Shown: positions 11,172 to 20,642 of the stretch, piece by piece
How positions within the stretch are numbered: the stretch's first letter is position 1
Layout of the letters: every line of letters begins with the position of its first letter
Assembly (NCBI GenBank): GCA_963778655.1
Contig: CAVZVA010000008.1
Span: 32,001-96,000 of the forward strand
DNA from: an uncultured delta proteobacterium
GTDB lineage: Bacteria; Myxococcota_A; Polyangia; Polyangiales; JAFGIB01
Reading direction: 5' to 3'
Length of the DNA stretch: 64,000 nucleotides
Position numbers and translations under genes: made by a program
The notes under the pieces: model-generated
What the model was told of the DNA's origin: nothing
Seen by the model: the letters and a program-made list of their open reading frames with translations, nothing else
Databases searched by the model: none

Positions 11172-12692
11172 TCAGAGGTCGCCGTCGCGCAGCCAGCCGC
11201 CGATACGCTCGCCGATCATCAGCACCGCCAGGTGAATGTTGCTCGAGGGGATGGTCGGCATCAGGCTGGCGTCGGCCACGATCAGGCCCTGCACCCCGCG
11301 CACGCGCCCGCGGGCGTCGGTCGCGGCCTCGGCGTCGTCGTCGCCGCCCATCGGCACCGTGCCGCAGGGGTGGTAGCCGGAGTCGCACGCGCTGCGGATC
11401 CAGTCCTCGGTGCGCCCGCGGTCGCGCAGCACGCGCGCGCTCGGCCAGAAGTGCCGCGCCAGCGCGCGCAGCGGAGGCGTGTGCGCGAGCTGATACGCGC
11501 GCTGCATCGCGTCCACGGCCAGCGCGCGGTCGTGCGGGTCCTCGAGCAGGCGCGACTCGATCCACGGGCGCGCGCGCACGTCGGCGCTGGGGAAGCGCAG
11601 CAGCCCGTGCCCCCGGGGCTTGCCCACCGCGCACATCACGCTGACCAGCGGCACGTCCACGCGCACCAGGTTCACCTTGGACCCGGGCTGCAGCAGCATG
11701 TCGCTGGGATGGCCGCTGCCTTCGGAGGCGTAGCGCAGCACGGTTTGGATTAGCGGATCGCGGCGCGAGGTCTTCGCGAACAGGCGCGGCCGCAGGAAGA
11801 TCGCGGTGCCGGGATGGTCGAGCAGGCGGCGGCCCACCGCGGGCAGCTCTGCCGCCTGCTGCACGCCGAGCCGCTCGAGCTCCGCGCGCGGGCCGATGCC
11901 CGAGCGCAGCAGGATGCCGGGGGTGTTGATCGCCCCGGCGCACAGCACCACCTTGTCGGTCGCGATCGTCTCGACCCCGCCGCGGCCTTCGATCTCGACG
12001 CCGACTACGCGGCGCTCGCGCAGCAGCACCCGCCTGACCAGCGTATCGGCGCGCAGCACGAGGTTGTCGCGAGCGCGCACCGCGGGCGACAGGAAGGCCT
12101 CGGCCGCGCTGATGCGGCGGCCGCCGAGCTTGTTCATCGCGTGCGGCCCGACGCCGTGGCCGTTCGGCGCGTTGCTATCGTAGCACTCCGGGTAGCCGAG
12201 CAGCTTGCAGCTCTCGACGAACGCCGCCTGCCACGCGGTCAGCTCGGACGGGGGATGGCGGCGGATCGGCAGCGGACCGTCGCTGCCGTGCAAGTCGTCG
12301 TGCACGTCGAGGTCGCGCTCGATACGCTTGAACGCCGGCAAGCACTGCGCCCAGCTCCACGACGGCAGCCCGCGCGCGGCCCACTCATCGTAGTCGGCTG
12401 GCTGCCCGCGCAGCGCGATGCAGGTGTTGACCGCGGATGAGCCCCCGACCACGCGCCCGCGCGGCAGGCGAAAGCCGCGTCCGCCCACCACCGGCTGGTG
12501 GTGGTAGCCCCAGTCGTGGTCGCGCATCGAGTTGCGGCCCCCGTCCTGCAAGTCGGGCGGCATGCGCGACGGGTCCGGGTAGTCCGGTCCCGCTTCCAGC
12601 AGCAGCAGCGAGCGCTGCGGGCTCTCGCTCAGGCGCGCCGCGATCACGCAGCCGGCGCTGCCTGCGCCTACCACGATCAGCTCCGCGCTCAC
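11172..12692 (-). CDS. GMC-family FAD oxidoreductase (choline dehydrogenase-like)
   Basis: [45 protein letters not shown] start overlaps the gloA stop (GTGA). Confidence 0.92.
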   Translation of the reverse strand: MSAELIVVGAGSAGCVIAARLSESPQRSLLLLEAGPDYPDPSRMPPDLQDGGRNSMRDHDWGYHHQPVVGGRGFRLPRGRVVGGSSAVNTCIALRGQPADYDEWAARGLPSWSWAQCLPAFKRIERDLDVHDDLHGSDGPLPIRRHPPSELTAWQAAFVESCKLLGYPECYDSNAPNGHGVGPHAMNKLGGRRISAAEAFLSPAVRARDNLVLRADTLVRRVLLRERRVVGVEIEGRGGVETIATDKVVLCAGAINTPGILLRSGIGPRAELERLGVQQAAELPAVGRRLLDHPGTAIFLRPRLFAKTSRRDPLIQTVLRYASEGSGHPSDMLLQPGSKVNLVRVDVPLVSVMCAVGKPRGHGLLRFPSADVRARPWIESRLLEDPHDRALAVDAMQRAYQLAHTPPLRALARHFWPSARVLRDRGRTEDWIRSACDSGYHPCGTVPMGGDDDAEAATDARGRVRGVQGLIVADASLMPTIPSSNIHLAVLMIGERIGGWLRDGDL

Positions 12693-13108
12693 CAGCTGCC
12701 CGTGTTCGGCATCGACGCCCAGGGCTCGCGCGGTGGCAGCGCGGCCCCACGCTGCAGCAGCTCGATCGAGATCTGATCGGGCGAGCGCACGAACGCCATG
12801 CGTCCGTCCCGGGGCGGACGCAGGATGGTCACGCCCTTGTCGAGCAGTCGCTGGCAGGTGGCGTAGATGTCGTCGACGGCGTACGCGAGGTGACCGAAGT
12901 TGCGCCCGCCGTCGTAGCTGTGCTCGTCCCAGTTGTAGGTGAGCTCGATCTGGGCGCTCTCGTCGCCCGGCGCCGACAGGAAGACCAGCGTGAAGCGCCC
13001 GGCCGCGTGCTCGCTGCGGCGCTGCTCGACCAGCCCGAGCTTGTTGCAGTAGAAGTCGAGCGACGCATCGAGGTCGCCGACTCGAACCATGGTGTGCAGG
13101 TATTTCAT
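12689..13108 (-). CDS. gloA: Lactoylglutathione lyase (glyoxalase I, VOC family)
   Basis: [42 protein letters not shown]. Confidence 0.9.
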   Translation of the reverse strand: MKYLHTMVRVGDLDASLDFYCNKLGLVEQRRSEHAAGRFTLVFLSAPGDESAQIELTYNWDEHSYDGGRNFGHLAYAVDDIYATCQRLLDKGVTILRPPRDGRMAFVRSPDQISIELLQRGAALPPREPWASMPNTGSW

Positions 13109-13149
13109 GCGGGCCTCCTGGGTTGGCGGTCGTACCAGAGCCCCGGCGG
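13068..13149. repeat. Direct repeat copy 1 (gloA 5' end plus upstream sequence), partner 15453-15534
   Basis: 82-bp ungapped manual alignment, about 19 mismatches, core tgcaggtatttcatgcg identical. Confidence 0.85.
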
Positions 13150-13261
13150 ACGCGCCACGCCCGCGGCCGGCGGCCGATGCGGCCCACCCGAATGCGGCCC
13201 CCCGGCTCGATTTCGCGATCAGCCCTTGGTCGCAGCGGTATTTTCCGCGCACTATGGCGCG

Positions 13262-14056
13262 ATGGCGGGCGACTCCGACAAGGCATTCGAGCTTGAAGGC
13301 ATGGTCACCGCGCTCAACGTGTTGCGCGTGCTGACGAGCGACCTCGGCGCGATCGGGTCCGCGCTCACGCTCAAGATCGCGGAGAGCCCCGGGGTGTTCT
13401 CGGGCGCGCCAGTCGTCATCGACGTCAGCGCGCTCGAGCCCGAGCCCGAGCCCGAGGCGGGCGGCGCTGCCAAGGCGTCAACCCCGGCGCACGCGCTGCC
13501 GATCGCCGAGCTGGTCGCGTTGCTCAAGCAGCGCGGCCTGGTCCCCGTCGGCGCCTACGCGCGTACGGACGCGCTCGTGCAGGAGGCGCAAGCTGCGGGC
13601 TTACCGCTGCTCGATGCGCGCCGCCGCAGCAAGCGCGGCGGCACGGCGCGCAAGCCGCAACCGTGGCCGGACCAGGAGCGGCCGCCGAGCCGTGCGCGCG
13701 CGCGCCCAGCGCCGGACGCGTACGGTGCGCTGATGCTCACGCAGCCGTTGCGCTCGGGGCAGATCGTACACGCGGAGCACCGCGACGCGATCGCGCTCGC
13801 AGCGATCAGCTCGGGCGCCGAGCTGATCGCCGACGGCAATATCCACGTCTACGCGCCGCTGCGCGGACGCGCGCTCGCTGGCGCGCGCGGCGACGAGCAG
13901 GCGCGTATCTTCTGCCAGAAGCTGGAAGCGGATCTGGTGTCGGTCGCGGGCGTGTACCTGAGCGCCGATGACCTGCCCGAGGACAAGCGCGGCAAGGCGG
14001 TGCAGATCTTCCTGCGCGACGACGAGCTGGTCGTGGCCGATCTCGTGCCGCGCTGA
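13262..14056 (+). CDS. minC: Septum site-determining protein MinC
   Basis: [56 protein letters not shown]. Confidence 0.93.
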   Translation: MAGDSDKAFELEGMVTALNVLRVLTSDLGAIGSALTLKIAESPGVFSGAPVVIDVSALEPEPEPEAGGAAKASTPAHALPIAELVALLKQRGLVPVGAYARTDALVQEAQAAGLPLLDARRRSKRGGTARKPQPWPDQERPPSRARARPAPDAYGALMLTQPLRSGQIVHAEHRDAIALAAISSGAELIADGNIHVYAPLRGRALAGARGDEQARIFCQKLEADLVSVAGVYLSADDLPEDKRGKAVQIFLRDDELVVADLVPR

Positions 14057-14221
14057 AACGGTGCGCGCTCAGGGCACCTTTGCCCACATCCAACCACCCA
14101 TAACTCCCGGAATTGATTACCGAAAATTTGCGGTTTCGGCGGCGCTCGCGCGAACTCAAGGGAAGCGCGGCGGAACCCGGGCATCGGGTTGCTCCAAGGA
14201 CCAGCGCGCGGAGGCTAGGCG

Positions 14222-15058
14222 ATGGCAAAGGTTACGGTGATCACTTCCGGTAAGGGCGGGGTCGGCAAGACGACCAGCGCGGCATCGATCGCGGCAGGGC
14301 TCGCGCTGACCGGCGCGAAGACGGTCGTCATCGACTTCGATGTGGGTCTGCGCAACCTCGATCTGGTGATGGGCTGCGAGCGGCGGGTCGTCTACGATCT
14401 GGTCAACGTCGTCAAAGGCGAGGCCACGGTGCGCCAGGCCCTGATCAGGGACAAGCGCGTGGAGAACCTGTACGTGTTTCCGGCTTCGCAGACGCGCGAC
14501 AAGGACGCGCTCGATCTCCAGGGCATCGGACGCGCGCTCGATGAGCTCAAGGAAATGGGCTTCGAGCACATCGTCTGCGACTCTCCGGCGGGGATCGAGA
14601 AGGGCGCACACGCGGCGATGTACTACGCGGACGAGGCGATTGTGGTCACCAACCCCGAGGTCAGCTCGGTGCGCGACAGCGACCGCATCATCGGCATGCT
14701 CGACGCCAAGACCCAGCGTGCTGCCCAAAACCTGGATCCGGTCAAGTGCCACCTGCTGATCACGCGCTACTCGGCCAAGCGCGCCGCCAGCGGCGAGATG
14801 CTCAAGGCCAGCGACGTGCTCGAGCTGCTCGGCATCGACTTCCTCGGCGTGATCCCCGAGTCCCAGGCCGTGCTTGCGGCCTCGAACACCGGCGTGCCCG
14901 TGGTGCTGGTGCAGGACTCGGATGCGGCCCACGCGTACACGGATGTCGTGCAGCGTTTCCTGGGCGAGGCCAAGCCGCACCGCTTCCTCGACGACGAGAA
15001 ACGCGGTTTCTTTTCACGACTGTTTGGTGTCGACACGCGCGTTGCGGTGGCGGGTTGA
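14222..15058 (+). CDS. minD: Septum site-determining ATPase MinD
   Basis: GKGGVGKTT, DFDVGLRNLD, DSPAGIE, PEVSSVRDSDR, C-terminal membrane-targeting RGFFSRLFG. Confidence 0.97.
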   Translation: MAKVTVITSGKGGVGKTTSAASIAAGLALTGAKTVVIDFDVGLRNLDLVMGCERRVVYDLVNVVKGEATVRQALIRDKRVENLYVFPASQTRDKDALDLQGIGRALDELKEMGFEHIVCDSPAGIEKGAHAAMYYADEAIVVTNPEVSSVRDSDRIIGMLDAKTQRAAQNLDPVKCHLLITRYSAKRAASGEMLKASDVLELLGIDFLGVIPESQAVLAASNTGVPVVLVQDSDAAHAYTDVVQRFLGEAKPHRFLDDEKRGFFSRLFGVDTRVAVAG

Positions 15059-15062
15059 GGCC

Positions 15063-15362
15063 ATGCGCTTTCTGGATCTATTCCTCCGCAGGGACCCGAA
15101 CAGCGCGCAGCAGGCGAAGGATCGGCTGCAGATCATCGTCGCGCGCGAGCGAACCAGCACCGGCGATCACGTGCAGAGCTACCTGCCGAAGTTGCAGCAG
15201 GAGTTGCTCGAGGTGATCGCCCGCTACGAAAAGCTGGACCTCGATCGTGTCTCGGTGCAGCTCGACAAGAAGGGCGATGCCGAGGTGCTCGAGATCAACG
15301 TCGTGCTGCCGGACGAAAAGCCGCAGCGCAGGTCGGTGCGGCGCGGGCTCGCCGTGGCTTGA
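15063..15362 (+). CDS. minE: Cell division topological specificity factor MinE
   Basis: MRFLDLF..SAQQAKDRLQIIVARER..YLPKLQQELLEVIARY..LEINVVLP. Confidence 0.96.
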   Translation: MRFLDLFLRRDPNSAQQAKDRLQIIVARERTSTGDHVQSYLPKLQQELLEVIARYEKLDLDRVSVQLDKKGDAEVLEINVVLPDEKPQRRSVRRGLAVA

Positions 15363-15452
15363 GCCGGCGAGCGGTGCGCCGGCAAGCTGCATCCGGCGTG
15401 CACGCGAACGTGCGAGCTGCGGGTGGGAGCGGCCGGTTCCGCGCTCGGCCGC

Positions 15453-15534
15453 TCGAGATCACCGAGCTGGACCATGGTATGCAGGTATTTCATGCGCGCC
15501 CTTCCGGTTGGCGGTGGTGGTGGAGTCCCGGCGG
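15453..15534 (-). pseudogene. Remnant duplicate of the gloA 5' end ([14 protein letters not shown]) plus upstream sequence
   Basis: About 77% identical to 13068-13149; homology ends after codon 14. Confidence 0.75.
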
Positions 15535-16217
15535 CCAGGCTGCCGCGCGGCGCCCGCGCGGGCCTGCACGCAGCCGCTAGCTGCCTGGCCCTGGCCCTGG
15601 CCCTGGCCCTGGCGCTCAGCAGCGCGCGGCCGGCTCGTGCGCAGCAGAACGGCGGCACCGACTTCACCGCCGACGAGCGCGCTCAGCTCGCCAAGGGCGA
15701 GCTGGTGACCCGGCCGCTGCGCCGCGCCACCGCGGGTCTCGACCTGATCGGCGGCTCGAGCTGGCAGGTGATCGACGCCGACGTGGACGTGGTCTGGCGC
15801 GCGCTCCAGGACACCCCGCGCTACACCCGCTTGCTGCCGCGCGTGCTCGAGGCGCGCGTGGTGGAGAGCCACGAAGGTGAGCGCGACGTGTACATCCACC
15901 AGGGCAAGTGGCCGATCTTCGTCACGTACTACCTGATTGTGCGCAGCCACGCCGAGACGCGGGACCTGCGCTTCGAGCTGGACCAGAACCGACCCCACAG
16001 CGCCGACGCCGCCTGGGGGTTCTTTCGGCTGGTGCCCTATGGCAGGGGCCGGACGCTGCTGGCGTTCGGCATCGCCGCCGACGTGGGCCGTGGCATCATC
16101 GCCGCGGTGGCCCGCGGCACGATCCAGAAATGGATGCTGCGCGTCCCTTCATCGGTCAAGAAGTTCCTGGAGAACGGCGGCAAGACGCTGTACGCGAAGC
16201 CCGCGGGTGGGCCGTGA
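15492..16217 (+). CDS. Exported SRPBCC/START-domain lipid-binding protein
   Basis: Signal peptide LALALALALSS..ARA; IDADVDVVWRALQD..Y..LLPRV pattern; start uncertain. Confidence 0.7.
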   Translation: MRALPVGGGGGVPAARLPRGARAGLHAAASCLALALALALALSSARPARAQQNGGTDFTADERAQLAKGELVTRPLRRATAGLDLIGGSSWQVIDADVDVVWRALQDTPRYTRLLPRVLEARVVESHEGERDVYIHQGKWPIFVTYYLIVRSHAETRDLRFELDQNRPHSADAAWGFFRLVPYGRGRTLLAFGIAADVGRGIIAAVARGTIQKWMLRVPSSVKKFLENGGKTLYAKPAGGP

Positions 16218-16960
16218 GCGCCGCGCTCGGCGCCCGCGCCGCGCCGGCCGCGGCAGCGCGGGGAAGCGCGGGTGCGTGCGGCGAGCGTGATGGCGCGCTG
16301 GGGCCGCCGCCGGCGGGCCGCGTGTTCGAGCGCGTGCAGCCGGTGGCGATGTTGCTCGCGGGCGCGGCCTCGCTGCTGGCCGGCACGCCGCTGCCCGCCG
16401 CGGCGGTGGGCTGCGCCGCGCTCGCGCTGCTTGCGTACCTGTGGCGCGGCCACCACACGCCCTCGGGTCGCTTCGGCGCGGCCAACGCGCTGACCGCGCT
16501 GCGGCTGGCGCTGACCGGCGGCCTGGCGTTGCTCGGCACGCGGCCGCCGGACGCGCGCGCCGCGTTGCTGGTGCTCGCGATCTTCGCGCTCGATGGCGCC
16601 GACGGCTGGCTGGCGCGGCGCAGCGGGCAGAGCTCGCCGTTCGGCGCGCGCTTCGACATGGAGTGCGATGCGTTGCTGGTGCTGGTGTGCTCGCTGTGGC
16701 TCTACCTGCAGGCGCGGCTGGGGGCGTTCGTGCTGCTGGCCGGGGCGCTGCGCTACCTGTACGCGCTCAGCGCGGCGTATGCGGGTGGTCGCGAAGCACC
16801 GCGCTCGCGGCTGGGCCGCTACGTCTTCGCCGTGTTGGTGCTGGCGCTGAGCGCGAGCCTGGCCGGGCTGCCCGGGCAGCGCGCGCTGGCCGGGGGCGCG
16901 GTGCTGCTGCTGTGCGTGTCGTTCGCGCGCTCGTTCTACTTCTCGCTACGGCGCCCGTAA
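16214..16960 (+). CDS. CDP-alcohol phosphatidyltransferase family protein
   Basis: ANALTALR, LDGADGWLARRSGQSSPFGARFDMECD; start may be at 16349. Confidence 0.9.
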   Translation: MSAALGARAAPAAAARGSAGACGERDGALGPPPAGRVFERVQPVAMLLAGAASLLAGTPLPAAAVGCAALALLAYLWRGHHTPSGRFGAANALTALRLALTGGLALLGTRPPDARAALLVLAIFALDGADGWLARRSGQSSPFGARFDMECDALLVLVCSLWLYLQARLGAFVLLAGALRYLYALSAAYAGGREAPRSRLGRYVFAVLVLALSASLAGLPGQRALAGGAVLLLCVSFARSFYFSLRRP

Positions 16961-16980
16961 CCTTGCTCGATGACGCTCCG

Positions 16981-17044
16981 GAGGATGCAACAGGAAGACG
17001 GGAAGGGGGGAAGAATGGGTTGTCTTGCTGTCTGCCTGTGAATC
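16981..17044. repeat. Family-B intergenic repeat
   Basis: First 22 nt identical to 5201-5222; degenerate inverted arm ..tctgcctgtgaatc. Confidence 0.7.
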
Positions 17045-17103
17045 TCCTCGATCCGAGCCGCGGGCTCTCGCGGCACGCTCGGCCTGCGTGTAGAACCACG
17101 GTC

Positions 17104-18075
17104 ATGCCGCGCGAGGCCCGAGCGTACTGGACCATGGGCCCGGAGCGGGGCGAGCTGCGCAGCGAGCCGCTGCCCGAGCCCGGCGCGGGACAAGCGCTGG
17201 TGCAGGCGCTGTTCAGCGGCATCAGCCGCGGCAGCGAGCTGTTGGTGCACCGCGGCCTGGTTCCGCAGTCCGAGCACGCGCGCATGCGCGCGCCGCACCA
17301 GCAGGGCGAGTTTCCGTGGCCGGTCAAGTACGGCTACGCCAGCGTCGGTCGCGTGGCCGCGGGACCGCCCGAGCTGCGCGGTCGCGAGGTGTTCTGTCTG
17401 CATCCGCACCAGGACGCGTACGTGGTCGAGGCCGGCGCGCTTTTGCCCTTGCCCGAGGGCGTGCCGGCCGCACGCGCGGTGCTGGGCGCGAACATGGAGA
17501 CCGCGCTCAACGCGGTGTGGGACGCCGAGCTACGCGCCGGCGACCGGGTGGCGATCGTGGGTGCGGGCACGCTGGGCGCGCTGGTCGCGTATCTGTGCGC
17601 GCGCCATCCCGGCTGCGAGGCGCAGCTGGTCGACCTCGACCCGGGCAAGGCGGAGCTGGCGCGTGCGCTGGGCGTGGGCTTCGCGCCGCCGCAGCAGGCG
17701 CAGCCGGACGCGGACCTGGTGGTGCACGCCAGCGGCTCGCCGGCCGGTCTCGGCACGGCGCTGGCGCTCGCGGGCGTGGAAGCGACGGTGCTCGAGCTGA
17801 GCTGGTACGGCACGCAAGAGGTGTCGCTTTCGCTCGGCGGCGCGTTCCACGCGCGGCGGCTGCGCCTGCAATCCTCGCAGGTCGGTGCGCTGCCGCCGCG
17901 GCAGCGCCCGCGCTGGAATCATCGCCGGCGGCTCGAGCTCGCGCTGCGCCTGCTGCGCGACCAGACGCTCGAGCGGCTGATCGACGCGCACGCGCCTTTT
18001 GCCGAGCTGCCCGTAGTGATGCGCCGCCTGGGCCGCGGCGAGCTGCCGGCGACCTGCCACCGCATCGACTATTGA
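17104..18075 (+). CDS. MDR-superfamily (zinc-binding alcohol dehydrogenase-like) oxidoreductase
   Basis: [56 protein letters not shown]. Confidence 0.88.
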   Translation: MPREARAYWTMGPERGELRSEPLPEPGAGQALVQALFSGISRGSELLVHRGLVPQSEHARMRAPHQQGEFPWPVKYGYASVGRVAAGPPELRGREVFCLHPHQDAYVVEAGALLPLPEGVPAARAVLGANMETALNAVWDAELRAGDRVAIVGAGTLGALVAYLCARHPGCEAQLVDLDPGKAELARALGVGFAPPQQAQPDADLVVHASGSPAGLGTALALAGVEATVLELSWYGTQEVSLSLGGAFHARRLRLQSSQVGALPPRQRPRWNHRRRLELALRLLRDQTLERLIDAHAPFAELPVVMRRLGRGELPATCHRIDY

Positions 18076-18101
18076 TCGACTATCGAAGGAGCGAGCAAGC
18101 C

Positions 18102-18524
18102 ATGTACAGCGTCGGAGTCCGAGACCACGTGATGATCGCGCACAGCTTCAGGGGCGAGCTGTTCGGTCCGGCGCAGCGGCTGCACGGCGCGACCTACGTT
18201 GTCGACGCGGAGCTACGCGGCGAGCGCCTCGACCCGCACGGCGTGGTGGTCGACATCGACCGCGCGGGCAAGGCGCTGCACGCGGTGCTGGCCGAGCTGC
18301 ACTACCGCAACCTCGACGAGCTACCCGGCCTGGCCGGCCACAACACCACCACCGAGTTCCTGGCCAAGTGGGTCTTCGACCGCATGACCGAGCGCATCGC
18401 GAAGGGCGAGCTCGGCCCCGGCAGCCAATCGCTGTCGTCCCTCGCCATCACCCTGCACGAATCACACGTAGCCTGGTCCACGTACGAGGGCCCCCTGAGC
18501 CCCGAGCCGCAGCCCCACGCGTAG
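18102..18524 (+). CDS. 6-pyruvoyl-tetrahydropterin synthase/QueD-like (COG0720) protein, non-canonical motif
   Basis: [46 protein letters not shown]. Confidence 0.88.
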   Translation: MYSVGVRDHVMIAHSFRGELFGPAQRLHGATYVVDAELRGERLDPHGVVVDIDRAGKALHAVLAELHYRNLDELPGLAGHNTTTEFLAKWVFDRMTERIAKGELGPGSQSLSSLAITLHESHVAWSTYEGPLSPEPQPHA

Positions 18525-18561
18525 TCGCCGCTCGCCCTCATGCTCGCCCCGTCCCGTCCCA

Positions 18562-19581
18562 TCACCGCGCGCGTCCGAGCTGCGCCAGCAGCTCCGTCGC
18601 GGCTCGATCCCAGCTCCGCGCCGCCGCGCCCGCCGCCGCCTGCGCCCGGCGCCTGCGCGCCGTGAGCTCTCCCGGCTCGCGCACCAACGCCAGCCAGGCG
18701 CGCGCCAGCGCCGCCTCGTCGCGCACCAGCTGCCCGCCGGCGGCTGCGCGCACCTGCGCCGCGACGTGACCGCCGGCGCGCGCCAGGATCGGCACGCCGG
18801 CCGCGCGCGCTTCCGCCAGCGCCATGCCGAACGATTCCATGCGCGAGGCCGACAGCAATGCGCCGGCGCCGCGCAGCAGGCGCAGCGCCTCGCGCTGGGG
18901 TAGGGCGCCGAGCAGGCGCACGCGCGCGCGCAGCGCGGCATCTCGTCGCAGCAGCGCGCGGCACGCGCGCGCATGGCTCGGGTCGAGGTCGAGCCTGCCG
19001 GCGATCTGCAGCACGAACTGATCGCGCGCGCGCAGCTCGTCGCGCAGCGCTTGCAGCAGCGGCAGCACGCCCTTGGCGGGGACCAGGTTGCACAGCATCA
19101 GCGCGCGCGGCGGGCCGCCGCCCCGGGCCGCAGCGGGCGCGCGCGGCAGCGCCACGCCCGGCTCCACGCACAACAGCGGCCGCCGTCCCGCGCCCAGCCG
19201 CGACAGCTGCGCGCGCATGAAGGGGCTGGTCACCAGAAAGCCGTCCGCGAGCGCCAGCGCGGCGCGTTCCGCGTCCGAGAGCGCGCGCGGCCCCACCGCG
19301 CGGCCGTGCTCGACCAGCGCGGGCAGGTAGTGCAGCAGCAGATAGAGCGCGGCGCGGGGAAAGCGGGCGCGCAACGCCGGCATCGCGTCCAGGTACAGGC
19401 TGTCGACGAAGATCCGGCGCGGCGGCGCTGCGCGGGGCGAGCCCCGTGGCTGCCAGCAAACACAGCGCACGCCGCGCCGGCGCAGCGCGGCGATCAGGCG
19501 TGCGTTGTACAGCGTGCCTCCGCTGATCGGTCCCGCGAGCGCAGGCACGACGAAGCCCAGCCTGCGCGCACCCCAGCTCAC
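18562..19581 (-). CDS. Glycosyltransferase family 4
   Basis: ISGGTLYNARL, FVDSL, LLHY, NLVPAKG, SRMESFGMALAEA..GVP; start overlaps the RibD-like stop. Confidence 0.88.
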   Translation of the reverse strand: MSWGARRLGFVVPALAGPISGGTLYNARLIAALRRRGVRCVCWQPRGSPRAAPPRRIFVDSLYLDAMPALRARFPRAALYLLLHYLPALVEHGRAVGPRALSDAERAALALADGFLVTSPFMRAQLSRLGAGRRPLLCVEPGVALPRAPAAARGGGPPRALMLCNLVPAKGVLPLLQALRDELRARDQFVLQIAGRLDLDPSHARACRALLRRDAALRARVRLLGALPQREALRLLRGAGALLSASRMESFGMALAEARAAGVPILARAGGHVAAQVRAAAGGQLVRDEAALARAWLALVREPGELTARRRRAQAAAGAAARSWDRAATELLAQLGRAR

Positions 19582-20516
19582 TCGGGCTCGGGATTCAGCG
19601 CGCAGTCGAACAGCGTGTCGGCGCCCAGGGTAAAGCGCCGGGGGCGCAGGGCGAGCGCGTCGGCCATGTGCTCGATCGGCGGTAGGCTCAGCGCCGGCGC
19701 ACCCGAGCCGATGATCTTGGGGGCGATCGTGAGCTGCAGCCTCCCGAGCGCTCCGGCCTCCAGGAAGCGCGACACGGTCACGCCGCCGCCTTCGATGAAG
19801 ATGCGCCGCAAGCCGCGCGCGTGCAGCGCCCGCAGCACCGCGTGCGGCGGCAACACGCCGCGCTCGCTGCGCACGCCGGCCAGGGCCACGTGAGGCAGCA
19901 GCGGGCTCGACCGCGGCGCGGCGTCGGCGGCGTGCACCAGCAAGGTGGGCGCGCGACCGTCGTTGAGCAGGCGCAGCTTCGGGTCGAGGCAGGCGCGCGG
20001 CGTGATCACCACGCGTACCGGCTGGGCGCCCGGCACCAGGCGCGTGGTCAGCTCCGGGTCGTCCACGCGCGCGGTCCGGGCGCCGACCACCACTGCGTCG
20101 AACAGCGCGCGCAGGCGGTGCATATGACGCAAGTCCTCGGGTCCGGTCACGAAGCGCGAAGCCCCACTGATCGTGGCCACGCGGCCATCCAGGCTCTGCC
20201 CCAGGTGCGCGAGCACCAGCGTGGCTGCGGCCTCGCCCGCGCACAGCGGCAGGTAGAGGTCGAGCAGGGCGCGCGCATCCTCGGCGAGCGTGCAGCTCGG
20301 CTCCCAGCCGTGCTCCTGCGTGCAGTCGACCGTGATCAGCCCGCGGCCCGCGGGCAGTAGCCGCAGCGCGCCCTGGTCGTCGAGCGCAACGCCGCAGCCA
20401 TCGGGCACCGGCTCGCCACGCGAAGCGCGCGCCGCCAGCGCCTGCAGTAGGCGCCACGCCGTCCCTTCCCCGAGCGCCTTCGTACCTTTGTGCGCTGCCG
20501 TTGCGGAGTAACTCAA
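19578..20516 (-). CDS. RibD C-terminal (pyrimidine reductase)-like protein
   Basis: LGQSLDGRVAT, HRLRALFDAVVVGA.T...DDPELT.R, IFIEGGGVTVSRFL, APKIIGSG; TTG start uncertain. Confidence 0.88.
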   Translation of the reverse strand: MSYSATAAHKGTKALGEGTAWRLLQALAARASRGEPVPDGCGVALDDQGALRLLPAGRGLITVDCTQEHGWEPSCTLAEDARALLDLYLPLCAGEAAATLVLAHLGQSLDGRVATISGASRFVTGPEDLRHMHRLRALFDAVVVGARTARVDDPELTTRLVPGAQPVRVVITPRACLDPKLRLLNDGRAPTLLVHAADAAPRSSPLLPHVALAGVRSERGVLPPHAVLRALHARGLRRIFIEGGGVTVSRFLEAGALGRLQLTIAPKIIGSGAPALSLPPIEHMADALALRPRRFTLGADTLFDCALNPEPE

Positions 20517-20642
20517 CCGGGCCTCCGTAAGTCCGCCCCTAGCTCCGCGTCGCGACTATAGCAGCCTGTGCCGGTGTGCAAAAGGCGGCTGCACCGCCCC
20601 GGCGCGCTTGATACGGTAGCGGCTCGGCGCGGGGGTACGCTC

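Noticed and set aside
11172..13286. 704-aa GMC, 771-aa KAS III and 631-aa GT4 apparent fusions in the ORF track
   Set aside because: The N-terminal extensions are off-frame overlaps with upstream genes. Real starts are GTG codons overlapping the upstream TGA.
15585..15614. (CTGGCC)4 and (GAGCCC)3 near 13436 as phase-variation tracts
   Set aside because: Hexamer units keep the frame and encode an LA signal-peptide run and an EP linker.
18102..20516. Ordinary queuosine (queD) or riboflavin (ribD) genes
   Set aside because: The PTPS-like protein lacks CxxxHGH, the RibD-like protein lacks the deaminase HAE/PC Zn motif, and no que or rib operon partners are adjacent.
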